NCBI GenBank assembly: GCA_034006035.1
Contig: JAVETN010000012.1
Location: 19,234-83,233, forward strand
Source of the DNA: Desulforegulaceae bacterium
Lineage (GTDB): Bacteria > Desulfobacterota > Desulfobacteria > Desulfobacterales > JACKCP01
Direction of reading: 5' to 3'
Length of the DNA: 64,000 nucleotides
Numbering within the stretch: the stretch's first letter is position 1; every line of letters begins with the position of its first letter. This document shows, piece by piece, positions 17,139 to 25,728 of this stretch. The position numbers and the translations under genes are program-made. A model generated the notes under the pieces. That model was not told the DNA's origin. It ran no database searches and saw only the letters and a list, made by a program, of their open reading frames with translations.

Positions 17139-17465
17139 ATGGAAAGAAGAAGTAAGCTTGTATTTGTTTTGTTTTTTATAGTAACCTGTTTTAGCCCATT
17201 GTTTTTATATTCAAACGAAATTGTTTCTCCTGAATATGAGAAGGGTAATTTCTTTTATTATACATCAACAGGAATTATTAACAGCCATACATATAATTAT
17301 TTTGTTATTTCAGACCAGAATTTCAAAAAAAGCAGGGCTGTTTCCTTTCATGGAATGAAATTCAGGCATATTTCTCCTTCAGAGTTTACAAAAGGGTCTT
17401 TTGTTGGCTACAAACTTAACAAAAACATGGAGTTGACAGATATTTATCTGATTAAAAAAAATTAA
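17139..17465 (+). CDS. Small secreted hypothetical protein in the PilY2 position
   Basis: 108 aa. The ATG is 3 nt after the pilY1 stop. It has an N-terminal signal-like segment LVFVLFFIVTCFSPLFLYS and no recognisable motif. Confidence 0.55.
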   Translation: MERRSKLVFVLFFIVTCFSPLFLYSNEIVSPEYEKGNFFYYTSTGIINSHTYNYFVISDQNFKKSRAVSFHGMKFRHISPSEFTKGSFVGYKLNKNMELTDIYLIKKN

Positions 17466-17505
17466 AGCTCAAATTAAATTAAGCATTATTTGATTTTACA
17501 TTTTT

Positions 17506-17530
17506 AAAGCTGCTTTAAAGTAGCTTTTTT
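17506..17530 (+). terminator. Rho-independent terminator ending the minor-pilin operon
   Basis: AAAGCTGC-TTTAAA-GTAGCTTT forms an 8-bp stem with one G-U pair. It is followed by TTTTTTC. Confidence 0.55.
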
Positions 17531-17595
17531 CTTTATAAAATCTTGGTTGTATTCAGGATAAAAATTTTAATTCTTTAAATTTCCCCGGAGATTAA

Positions 17596-19401
17596 ATGGA
17601 AATCAGCTCAAATTTTTTCAGTCCGAAAAAAATAGCGGAAATTATGGTTAAAAGAAAATTACTTTCAGAAAAGTCTGCAAAATTTTATCTTGAGAACTTT
17701 GATTTGGAGTTTAAAAAAATAAGGAAGCAAACCAACTCTTTTTCTTCTGCATTTGAAAAAACCATTGCAGTTGATATCCTTGTTTCTTTTGGTTTTTTTA
17801 CCCATGATAAATCCGGGAAAAAAATTAATGAAGACATGGTTTATGAAAGTCTTGCCGATTTCTGGGGATATAAGTATTTAAAAGTTGACCCTCTTAAACT
17901 TGATATTGGAAAAGTAACATCTTCCATTCCTAAAAATATGGCAATTAGACATCTTATGCTTCCAGTTGAAAAGACAGGGGGGCAATTGATAGTGGCAACT
18001 CCCTATCCTTTTAATATGGAGGCTTTTGATGATATCAGCAGAATAAATACTGGTAAAGTCAAGGCGGTTGTAAGCTCAAAATCTGATATTATAAGACTTA
18101 TTAACGAGTTTTATGGGTTTCAGAAATACATTGATGCTGCTGAAAACCAGTTTGTGGAAGCCCGGGTTGACCTTGGTAATCTTGAACACTATGTAAAACT
18201 CAAATCAATGGATGAACTGCCTGCCAATGATCAGCATATAGTAAATGCAGTTAATCATATGATAAGCTATGCTTTTGATCAAAGGGCAAGTGATATTCAT
18301 ATTGAGCCTAAAAGAGAAAAAACAATAATAAGACTTCGTATTGACGGAGTTTTGCACCCTGTATACAAACTTCCTAAAAAAGTACACAATGCAATTATAA
18401 GCAGGATTAAGGCGATGTCTGGTCTTGATATGGCAGAAAAAAGAAGGCCCCAGGACGGAAGAATAAAAACTTCAAAAAATAATGTTGAAGTTGAAATGAG
18501 AATTTCAACTCTTCCGGTTGCTTTTGGAGAAAAAGTTGTTTTAAGACTCATGGATCCCGATATTCTTTTTCAGGATCTTCCTTCCCTTGGTTTTGATGGC
18601 AGAGAGCTTGAGCAGATTGAAAAATTTATTTCAAGTCCACATGGTATAATCCTTGTCTGCGGTCCAACAGGAAGCGGTAAATCAACAACCTTGTATTCTG
18701 CCTTAAAAAAAATCTCAAAACCGGAAATAAATATTACAACCATAGAAGATCCAATTGAAATGATTCATGAAGACTTTAATCAGATAGCAGTAAAACCTTC
18801 TATTGATATGACATTTGCCAGGGCCTTAAGGCATATTTTAAGGCAGGATCCAGATGTTATAATGATTGGTGAAATGAGGGATCTTGAAACTGCAAAAAAT
18901 GCTGTTCAGGCTTCACTTACAGGACACTTAGTGCTTTCAACTCTTCATACAAATGATTCCCCATCAACTATTGTAAGACTTCTTGATCTTGGTCTTGAAC
19001 CGTTTTTGGTTAGATCAACTCTTATAGGCATAGTGTCCCAAAGACTTGTAAGAAAAATATGTGATGAGTGCAAATATTCCTATGAAGAAGATGTAGCAAA
19101 TCTTGAGTCCGAAGGAATTTTTACAGGGCATAAAATAAAAGCAGTTCTTTATAAGGGAAAAGGATGCTCTAAGTGTAGAGGTACAGGTTATTATGGAAGA
19201 ACAGGTGTTTATGAAATCATGAAATATTCTAAATCTTTAATGAATCTAACAAGATCAGATGTTTCTCCTTCAGAAATTAAAAAGGCGGCAATTTCAGAAG
19301 GGATGACTGAGTTATATAAAAATGCTGTTAAAAAAATGCTTGATGGAAAAACTACAAAAGAAGAGGTTTTAAGGGTTGTAAAGATTTCTTCTGATGAATA
19401 A
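17596..19401 (+). CDS. pilB: Type IV pilus assembly ATPase PilB / GspE family
   Basis: T2SSE N-terminal domain, Walker A GPTGSGKSTT, Asp and His boxes (MIGEMRD, LVLSTLHTND), and tetracysteine CDEC...CSKCRGTGYYGRTG. Confidence 0.88.
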   Translation: MEISSNFFSPKKIAEIMVKRKLLSEKSAKFYLENFDLEFKKIRKQTNSFSSAFEKTIAVDILVSFGFFTHDKSGKKINEDMVYESLADFWGYKYLKVDPLKLDIGKVTSSIPKNMAIRHLMLPVEKTGGQLIVATPYPFNMEAFDDISRINTGKVKAVVSSKSDIIRLINEFYGFQKYIDAAENQFVEARVDLGNLEHYVKLKSMDELPANDQHIVNAVNHMISYAFDQRASDIHIEPKREKTIIRLRIDGVLHPVYKLPKKVHNAIISRIKAMSGLDMAEKRRPQDGRIKTSKNNVEVEMRISTLPVAFGEKVVLRLMDPDILFQDLPSLGFDGRELEQIEKFISSPHGIILVCGPTGSGKSTTLYSALKKISKPEINITTIEDPIEMIHEDFNQIAVKPSIDMTFARALRHILRQDPDVIMIGEMRDLETAKNAVQASLTGHLVLSTLHTNDSPSTIVRLLDLGLEPFLVRSTLIGIVSQRLVRKICDECKYSYEEDVANLESEGIFTGHKIKAVLYKGKGCSKCRGTGYYGRTGVYEIMKYSKSLMNLTRSDVSPSEIKKAAISEGMTELYKNAVKKMLDGKTTKEEVLRVVKISSDE

Positions 19402-19477
19402 TAATTTTAGTTGACTCAAGAATTAAGTTTAGGAGCAGATGAATAATTTATATTAAGTTTTAAAGTTTGTTGTATTT

Positions 19478-20314
19478 TCAATTTAGTACTTTTATTTTTG
19501 CAGTTACAGGGTAGTGATCTCCAGGAGTTTCCTTTATAATTTTAAAAGCTTCAATCTTTATGTCTGGAGAATGAAAAATATAGTCAATTCTTGGTTTAAT
19601 TGGAAAGCTTATTTTTTTATATGTTCCCGAGGACAGTCTTTTGAAAATAGGGGCGGCATCTGAATAAAATTTTTTTATTGTTCTTACTGAAGAAGAAAAA
19701 GAAACAGTGTTAAAATCCCCTGCAATTATAGTTCTTTGTCCAGGTTTTCCTGCTTTTTCAATAAGCTTTTCAGCTTCATGTTTTCTGGGATTTTCACAAG
19801 AGACTTCTTTAGCTAAAATTTCTATTATATCTTTAAAACTCAAGCTTACATATCCATTATTATCCCTTGACTTGTTTTTTATGTATTCAAAATGAACGCA
19901 GTAAACTTTAAGTTTTTTTTTATCAGGCATTTCAACTTCGGTTTTGAGAGCTCCTGATATATTCTTTGAAAAAACAATCAGTTCATGGCCTGAGAGTTCA
20001 AAAGAACTTAAGATTGCAAGGTTTTTAAGGTTTTGGGAGATTTGGGCTGAATGGATTCCGTGTTTATAATCCAGCCTTTTTTTAAGGCTGGAATAATTAT
20101 TGTAAAAAATTTCCTGGATAATTAAAATATCAGGGTTTTGTCCGTTTTTATTTATGAGAGCCTGGATCTCTGATGCTTTTGGTAGGGAGCGGTCGCTGTC
20201 TCCTGTGTTCCAGGTCATTATGGAAAGGGACTGGGCATTGCAAAAGGATGATAGGCTTAAAAAAATAAAAAAGTAAAAAATTTTGAAGTTGTTGATTTTT
20301 TGATTTTTAGCCAT
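19478..20314 (-). CDS. Secreted endonuclease/exonuclease/phosphatase (EEP) family protein
   Basis: Signal peptide, then the pattern SIMTWN...ILIIQE...GDFN...DYIFHS...SDHYPV expected for the EEP fold. Confidence 0.7.
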   Translation of the reverse strand: MAKNQKINNFKIFYFFIFLSLSSFCNAQSLSIMTWNTGDSDRSLPKASEIQALINKNGQNPDILIIQEIFYNNYSSLKKRLDYKHGIHSAQISQNLKNLAILSSFELSGHELIVFSKNISGALKTEVEMPDKKKLKVYCVHFEYIKNKSRDNNGYVSLSFKDIIEILAKEVSCENPRKHEAEKLIEKAGKPGQRTIIAGDFNTVSFSSSVRTIKKFYSDAAPIFKRLSSGTYKKISFPIKPRIDYIFHSPDIKIEAFKIIKETPGDHYPVTAKIKVLN

Positions 20315-20601
20315 TTAAAAACTTTATGTTTAATGGTTTTAAAGGTTTAAATACAGGAACTAAAAGAATTAAGCTACTAAGGTAGCAATCTTTACAATAC
20401 CCAATTAATTAAGTCAGAGTTGCTAAAATATACTTGGTTTTATCTGTTAATTCAGGAGTTTTTATCTTTCAACCAGAATCTCCTATTTAATGCCTTTGTC
20501 ATCAATTTACCTGTAAATTATTAGATCTTTACTGTTGTTTATATATTTAATTTTAAGAAGTTCAATCTTTTTATCTGTTTTTAAGGGCTAAATAAAAGCT
20601 C

Positions 20602-20949
20602 CTATCCGCCCAGTTTTGCCATGCATTTTACACATAGTCTTGTTTCTGGCATGATTTTAAGCCTTTTTATATTGATTTCTTCTCCGCATTTATCGCAATA
20701 TCCAAAGTCAGGATCTGAGTCAATTCGTCTTAAGGCAGCCTGGATGTTTTTAATTTTAATTTCTGTTTTTAAAAGGGCTGAGTCATTAATGCTTTTACTT
20801 TGAATTGCTTCCATTCTTGTAAGCCTTCCAATTGAGACATCAGGTTCAACTGGCTTTGTAATTGATTTAAGAGCCTTTTTTACTTTCAGATTTTCTTCAA
20901 GCTGAGTTTTAAGAATTTTTTTAAGTATAATTATTTTATTTTCAGGCAT
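20602..20949 (-). CDS. DksA/TraR-family C4 zinc-finger protein
   Basis: Coiled-coil N-terminus and C-terminal CDKCGEEI...RLCVKC zinc finger; 115 aa. Confidence 0.75.
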   Translation of the reverse strand: MPENKIIILKKILKTQLEENLKVKKALKSITKPVEPDVSIGRLTRMEAIQSKSINDSALLKTEIKIKNIQAALRRIDSDPDFGYCDKCGEEINIKRLKIMPETRLCVKCMAKLGG

Positions 20950-21010
20950 AAATACTTTTTATTTAAGTGTTAAATAAGTGAAAAGATAAAATTTTTATTT
21001 GGTTCAATTG

Positions 21011-21628
21011 TTAGGTTTGGGCTATTTTAACCCCTTTTAAAAAAGCTTCAATGTTTTTATCCAGAGTTTTTTCTGAGTAATACTTTTTGATTGTATTAGT
21101 AAAACTTTGCTGGTTAAATCCCCTGATGATTTTAAATCCCGAAAGAACCCCGGAAATTATGGAGTTTGATAAAAGATGATGACCTTCTTTTATCCCCATT
21201 TCTGTAAAATTATCAAAGATAGTTTTTTTTGATAAAAGATTGATTTTTTCTTTAAGAACAGACGTTTCAGGATAATTGATTTCTCCTGAAAGTGCATTTG
21301 CAAAAACTAAGGGTTTTGAGTTTGATATTGTTGTTATATTTTTATTTCCATAGATTAAAAGCACTCTTAATGTTTCAACAGGCTCAAGTCCTATTATGAT
21401 ATCAGCTTTTTTTAAAGGAATTACTGGAGAATATATTTTCGAGCTGCCTATTCTCAAATGGCTCATAACAGAACCTCCCCTTTGGGAAGCTCCAAAGGTT
21501 TCACCAATGGTTATATATTTATTTTCTTTGATAACAGATTCCCCTATAAGTCTTGAAAGGGTAACATTGCCCTGACCTCCAACTCCAGTAATTACAATAT
21601 TTAAACTTTTTTCGGGTTTAGAGCTCAT
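21011..21628 (-). CDS. iorB: Indolepyruvate:ferredoxin oxidoreductase subunit beta
   Basis: ITGVGGQGNVTLSRLIGE motif. It overlaps iorA by 11 nt and is about 205 aa. Confidence 0.8.
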   Translation of the reverse strand: MSSKPEKSLNIVITGVGGQGNVTLSRLIGESVIKENKYITIGETFGASQRGGSVMSHLRIGSSKIYSPVIPLKKADIIIGLEPVETLRVLLIYGNKNITTISNSKPLVFANALSGEINYPETSVLKEKINLLSKKTIFDNFTEMGIKEGHHLLSNSIISGVLSGFKIIRGFNQQSFTNTIKKYYSEKTLDKNIEAFLKGVKIAQT

Positions 21629-23564
21629 TTCCTGCCTCCGTTTTTATTATTGAATTGTGAAAACAGATATCTGCACAAAACCCGCATCCAACACAAAGAG
21701 TTGGATCTATTTCAGGTTTTTTTGATTCCATATTTAAAAAAAGAGCAGGGCACTTAAATACTTTTGTGCAAAAATTAAAGCATCCGCAATTGTCACCCAC
21801 GCATTTTTCATAGTCTATTTTAATTTTAAATTTTTTTTTGTTTTTTCTTTGGGGGCTTAAAGCACAGGGATGTCTTAGGATTATCAGTTTTACACCTTGT
21901 TTTGAAATTATTTCAGGTATTTTTTCCTGACATTGTATAAAATCAAAGGGGTCAAGAAGATAAGTGTCTGCACCGCAGGCTTTGGAAATTTCTTCAATTT
22001 TCAAAGGGATTCCACTAAAATCAATTGCTGTGCCTTTTTCTCCTGGGTGGGGTTGAAACCCTGTCATTGCAGTACCTGAATTATCTAAAACTACCATTGT
22101 CATTTCACTATTATTGTGAACTGCATTTATCAGAGGAGGGATTCCTGAATGGAAAAAAGTTGAATCTCCGCAAACACTTAAAACAGTTTGGGCAAATCCC
22201 TGTTTTTTCAATACTCCAAATCCTGAGGCAATTCCTGTTCCTGAGCCCATACTGTGGATTGTTTTTAAAGTTGAATAGCCAGAAGGAAGCATTCCAAGAG
22301 TATAGCACCCAATATCACCACAGATAAAACCATCTTTGTCATCAAGTTTTAAGGCATTATTCAAATGAAAAAAAGAGGCTCTGTGGGGACATCCTGGGCA
22401 AAATGTCATTTCTCTACCCGGGGTTAAATTTAAAAAAGCTGTTTCAATTACTTTTTTATCATATTCTTCATCTGAGTTTGAATAATTTATATCAAAAATT
22501 TTTGTTAAAGCTTCAATAATTATATTAGTATCAGTTTCACCGACACTGGGTATATGTCCTGATTTTTTACCGTAAAACTTAATTTTTTTATCAAGTGATA
22601 AATTGTCTGCATAAATAGTTTTTACTCCTTCTTCGATAAAGGGAAGTACTTGTTCAGCAAACATTATACTTTTGGTTTTTAAAAAGATTTCATTTAAAAG
22701 ATTTTCCGGTAAAGGGTTGGTTGAAACAAGTTTTAAAACTCCGACTTTTTGATGAAGATTCAGTTCTTCAAGAGCTTCCATTGAATATAAAAAATCAACA
22801 GAACTTGTGATAATTATAAGTTCTGGATTTTTAGGACCAATATATGTGTTTAAATTTTTTTCTTTGAAAAAAGCCTCACAATTTTCAAGTCGATTTTGCA
22901 TGAGTTCATGCCTGTAGGTTACAGGGGTACTCATTATGGGTCCTTTTTCCGGATCCAGAATAAATCCGCTATGATGAAAATATGGTGAGATGTTTTTTTT
23001 GGAAATAGTTCCGGCTTCTACAATTCCACTGGCATGGGAAAGTCTTGTAAGGCTTCTTATAATTACAATGGTTTTTAGTTTTTCAGACAATTCAAAAGCT
23101 GTTTTTACAATATCTTTTGCTTCCTGAAAATCGCCTGGTTCAAGAAGGGGAAGTTCAAGCATTTTTGCAAAATGCCTGGATTCTCCTTCATTAACACTTG
23201 AAAGAGCTCCTGGATCATCGCAGACAATAAGTACAAGCCCTCCTCTTGTTCCTGAATAAGAAAGGTGAAGAAGAAAATCAGAGGCAACATTAACCCCATT
23301 TTGTTTCATAACACAAACTGCCCTTTGATTTGCAAAGGAAGCGGCTGCAGCTGCTTCTAGAGCTGTTTTTTCATTTACCGACCATTCAACATAAATTCCT
23401 GTGGTTGATGAATTTAAGGCAAGAGTTTCAATTATTTCACTTGAAGGAGTGCCAGGATAACCAGAGGCAAAACTTGCTCCTGATTCAATTATTCCCCTTG
23501 CAAAAGCCTGGTTTCCCATCATCAGTCTTTTTTCAAAAGGTTTTATTTCAGCTATGGATTCCAT
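21618..23564 (-). CDS. iorA: Indolepyruvate:ferredoxin oxidoreductase subunit alpha
   Basis: GNQAFARGIIESG...GYPGTPSSEI N-terminus, TPP-binding GDSTFFHSG, and C-terminal 2x[4Fe-4S] motifs (CVGCGFCADIC). Confidence 0.85.
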   Translation of the reverse strand: MESIAEIKPFEKRLMMGNQAFARGIIESGASFASGYPGTPSSEIIETLALNSSTTGIYVEWSVNEKTALEAAAAASFANQRAVCVMKQNGVNVASDFLLHLSYSGTRGGLVLIVCDDPGALSSVNEGESRHFAKMLELPLLEPGDFQEAKDIVKTAFELSEKLKTIVIIRSLTRLSHASGIVEAGTISKKNISPYFHHSGFILDPEKGPIMSTPVTYRHELMQNRLENCEAFFKEKNLNTYIGPKNPELIIITSSVDFLYSMEALEELNLHQKVGVLKLVSTNPLPENLLNEIFLKTKSIMFAEQVLPFIEEGVKTIYADNLSLDKKIKFYGKKSGHIPSVGETDTNIIIEALTKIFDINYSNSDEEYDKKVIETAFLNLTPGREMTFCPGCPHRASFFHLNNALKLDDKDGFICGDIGCYTLGMLPSGYSTLKTIHSMGSGTGIASGFGVLKKQGFAQTVLSVCGDSTFFHSGIPPLINAVHNNSEMTMVVLDNSGTAMTGFQPHPGEKGTAIDFSGIPLKIEEISKACGADTYLLDPFDFIQCQEKIPEIISKQGVKLIILRHPCALSPQRKNKKKFKIKIDYEKCVGDNCGCFNFCTKVFKCPALFLNMESKKPEIDPTLCVGCGFCADICFHNSIIKTEAGNEL

Positions 23565-23660
23565 TGTTTTATCCTTAAGGCAAGAAATTTATGAAAAGTA
23601 CAATTTGAGGGCTATTTGTTTTTGATTGATGGTTTTCTTTTTACTTGCTCCCAAAAGATT

Positions 23661-23735
23661 TAATTTTAAGGTTTGGCTCTGGATAAGTTTTTTAAACCAA
23701 CTGGCTTACCCTAAAGAAAGCAAACCTTAAAATTA
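23661..23735. repeat. Perfect 15-bp inverted repeat (TAATTTTAAGGTTTG / CAAACCTTAAAATTA) with a 45-nt spacer
   Basis: Read directly: arms at 23661-23675 and 23721-23735. It lies between the stop of ORF 23751-24137 and the iorA start. Confidence 0.8.
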
Positions 23736-23750
23736 TTTAATCAATTGTTT

Positions 23751-24137
23751 TTATAATGGGTTAATTGGTAAAGCATTTACAATAAGATTTAGATTACCGT
23801 TTTCTTCTTTAAGATTAAATGAGGTTATTCCTTTTAAGTAACCAGGATAAGTTTCCTGTTTTTGTTTTATTAGATTTAAAAGAAAGTTTTGAAATATCAG
23901 TTTTTTTTCTTTACTCAGCCCTTTAGGTAGTTTTTCTTCAATTTTTCTTTTATAATTTTCATTACTGTCTTCATAAAGAGAAAGATTCCACCCTTCAACA
24001 GCAAGAGATATAACAAGATTAAGAAGTCTTTTGTCGTTTTTGGATAATTCAATAAGCCCAGCAGCTAGATCTGATAATGCTTTGGCTACCTGAATATTTG
24101 AACATCCCTTGAATCTTACTATTTTTGCTTTGCTCAT
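23751..24137 (-). CDS. Hypothetical protein
   Basis: 128-aa ORF with no recognisable motif. Its strand agrees with its neighbours. Confidence 0.45.
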   Translation of the reverse strand: MSKAKIVRFKGCSNIQVAKALSDLAAGLIELSKNDKRLLNLVISLAVEGWNLSLYEDSNENYKRKIEEKLPKGLSKEKKLIFQNFLLNLIKQKQETYPGYLKGITSFNLKEENGNLNLIVNALPINPL

Positions 24138-24237
24138 TTTTAAACCTTGAAATTTTATGAGTTTTATTTGTTTTGGCCTTAATTTTGAAAACTAGACCTT
24201 TGGAAGGCCAGACTTGCTCATTTTCTTTATTATTGTT

Positions 24238-24900
24238 TTAGTTTTGTTTGCACAACTCAAATATTTTATCAACTAATTTACTTATACCTTGATAAACTTG
24301 TGCCGGGCCTGTGGAAACCATATATGCAGGAGTTGATACAAGAAGGTTTTTTTCATCGGTTATTATAGAGTCAAATGAACAGTTTTTGTGAACTCCGCCA
24401 AATTTTTCTATCATCTGAGCAGTATTAATGTCATTTCCTATGGTTAATTCCGGGTTAAAATTGCCAAGAATGGCTGCTATAAGAAGAGGGGAGATGCAAA
24501 TTGAACCAATTGGTTTTTTCTTAGAGTGCATTTTTTTTACAAGATTTGAAACATCTTGATTTATTTCAGGGCTGGCTGGGTTGTCAAATATTTTTGAGAA
24601 GTTTTTTATAGCCCCGGCACCCCCAGGTAAAATTAAAGCGTCCAATTTATCGGAATCAGCTGATTTTATGTCTTTTATATTGCCTCTTGAAATTCTTGCA
24701 GATTCAATTTTAATATTTCTTGATTCAGACATTAATTCCTGATTTGAATGATTTATTACATTGGCTTGATTGATGTCTGGGGCAAAATATGAAATGTCTG
24801 CATTTTTTTGATCAAGACATAGCATGGTTATTACAGCTTCGTGAACTTCTGTTCCGTCATTTACTCCGCATCCAGATAGGATAATGCCAATTGATTTCAT
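24238..24900 (-). CDS. elbB: ElbB-type DJ-1/PfpI family protein (glyoxalase/isoprenoid-biosynthesis associated)
   Basis: IGIILSGCGVNDGTEVHEAV N-terminus and the nucleophile-elbow-like PIGSICISP. Confidence 0.75.
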   Translation of the reverse strand: MKSIGIILSGCGVNDGTEVHEAVITMLCLDQKNADISYFAPDINQANVINHSNQELMSESRNIKIESARISRGNIKDIKSADSDKLDALILPGGAGAIKNFSKIFDNPASPEINQDVSNLVKKMHSKKKPIGSICISPLLIAAILGNFNPELTIGNDINTAQMIEKFGGVHKNCSFDSIITDEKNLLVSTPAYMVSTGPAQVYQGISKLVDKIFELCKQN

Positions 24901-24970
24901 TTTGACTCCTTTATATTTGCTGATTAAGATTAATGTTCTTATTTTTTATAAGCATACATAAAAATTAGCC

Positions 24971-25006
24971 AAAAAAAAAGAGCCACGATTTAAAATCAGT
25001 GACTCT
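24971..25006 (-). terminator. Rho-independent terminator after the tRNA array
   Basis: Minus strand AGAGTCAC-TGATTTTAAATC-GTGGCTCT, followed by T9. Confidence 0.65.
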
Positions 25007-25017
25007 TGTTGTCTGTT

Positions 25018-25095
25018 GGCGTCCCCAAGGGGATTTGAACCCCTGTCGCCGGCGTGAAAGGCCGGTGTCCTGGACCGAACTAGACGATGGGGACG
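25018..25095 (-). tRNA. tRNA-Glu (anticodon UUC), CCA encoded
   Basis: Minus strand GTCCCCATCGTCTAGTTCGGTCCAGGACACCGGCCTTTCACGCCGG...GGGGTTCAAATCCCCTTGGGGACGCCA, nearly collinear with E. coli tRNA-Glu. Confidence 0.92.
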
Positions 25096-25098
25096 CAT

Positions 25099-25174
25099 GG
25101 TGGGTCATGTTGGATTCGAACCAACGACTCTCTGCTTAAAAGGCAGATACTCTACCAGCTGAGTTAATGACCCT
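25099..25174 (-). tRNA. tRNA-Lys (anticodon UUU), CCA encoded
   Basis: Minus strand GGGTCATTAACTCAGCTGGTAGAGTATCTGCCTTTTAAGCAGAG...GGTTCGAATCCAACATGACCCACCA. Confidence 0.92.
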
Positions 25175-25181
25175 TTATTTT

Positions 25182-25266
25182 GGTGGTGGGAGAAGGATTT
25201 GAACCTTCGAAGGCTGAGCCGTCAGATTTACAGTCTGATCCCTTTGACCACTCGGGAACCCCACCA
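25182..25266 (-). tRNA. tRNA-Tyr (anticodon GUA), long variable arm, CCA encoded
   Basis: Minus strand GGTGGGGTTCCCGAGTGGTCAAAGGGATCAGACTGTAAATCTGA...GGTTCAAATCCTTCTCCCACCACCA. Confidence 0.9.
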
Positions 25267-25318
25267 TGAAAACTTTTTTAAAGAACTTTTATAATAAAAT
25301 TTATATTTTGTGTTGCCT

Positions 25319-25404
25319 GGTGCCGAAGGCCGGAATCGAACCGGCACGGGATTTACCCACAGCGCCCTCAACACTGCGTGTCTACCAGTTCCACCACTTC
25401 GGCG
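25319..25404 (-). tRNA. tRNA-Leu (anticodon GAG), long variable arm, CCA encoded
   Basis: Minus strand GCCGAAGTGGTGGAACTGGTAGACACGCAGTGTTGAGGGCGCTG...GGTTCGATTCCGGCCTTCGGCACCA. Its 5' end is 5 nt after the secG stop. Confidence 0.9.
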
Positions 25405-25409
25405 GCTTT

Positions 25410-25715
25410 TTAATTTGCTGCCTCGGTATTATCTGTTTTCAAGGGTGCTTCCTGTTTTACCTTGTCCAGAACTGAACTTGAACTGGGTTTTCCTGATATA
25501 TAAGCCAAAGACATGGAAGTGACCATAAACACTATTGCAAGGCCTGTAGTTATTTTTGTTAAAATATTGCCTGAACCTGCAGGCCCAAACAAAGTCTGAT
25601 TACTTCCACCTCCAAGTGCTGCACCAAGGCTTGAACCTTTACCTGATTGGAGCAGAACCATGATTACTATCATGATTGAGGCTATTATATGTATGGTAAC
25701 AAGAAAGATAGTCAT
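25410..25715 (-). CDS. secG: Preprotein translocase subunit SecG
   Basis: 101 aa; IIASIMIVIMVLLQSGKGSSLGAALGGGSNQTLFG signature and two TM helices. Confidence 0.9.
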   Translation of the reverse strand: MTIFLVTIHIIASIMIVIMVLLQSGKGSSLGAALGGGSNQTLFGPAGSGNILTKITTGLAIVFMVTSMSLAYISGKPSSSSVLDKVKQEAPLKTDNTEAAN

Positions 25716-25728
25716 AAAATTTATACCA

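Noticed and set aside
25266-25522. Two overlapping plus-strand ORFs (69 and 70 aa).
   Set aside because: They run antisense across tRNA-Leu and secG, and one abuts the last base of tRNA-Tyr. The tRNA cloverleaf sequences explain the region.
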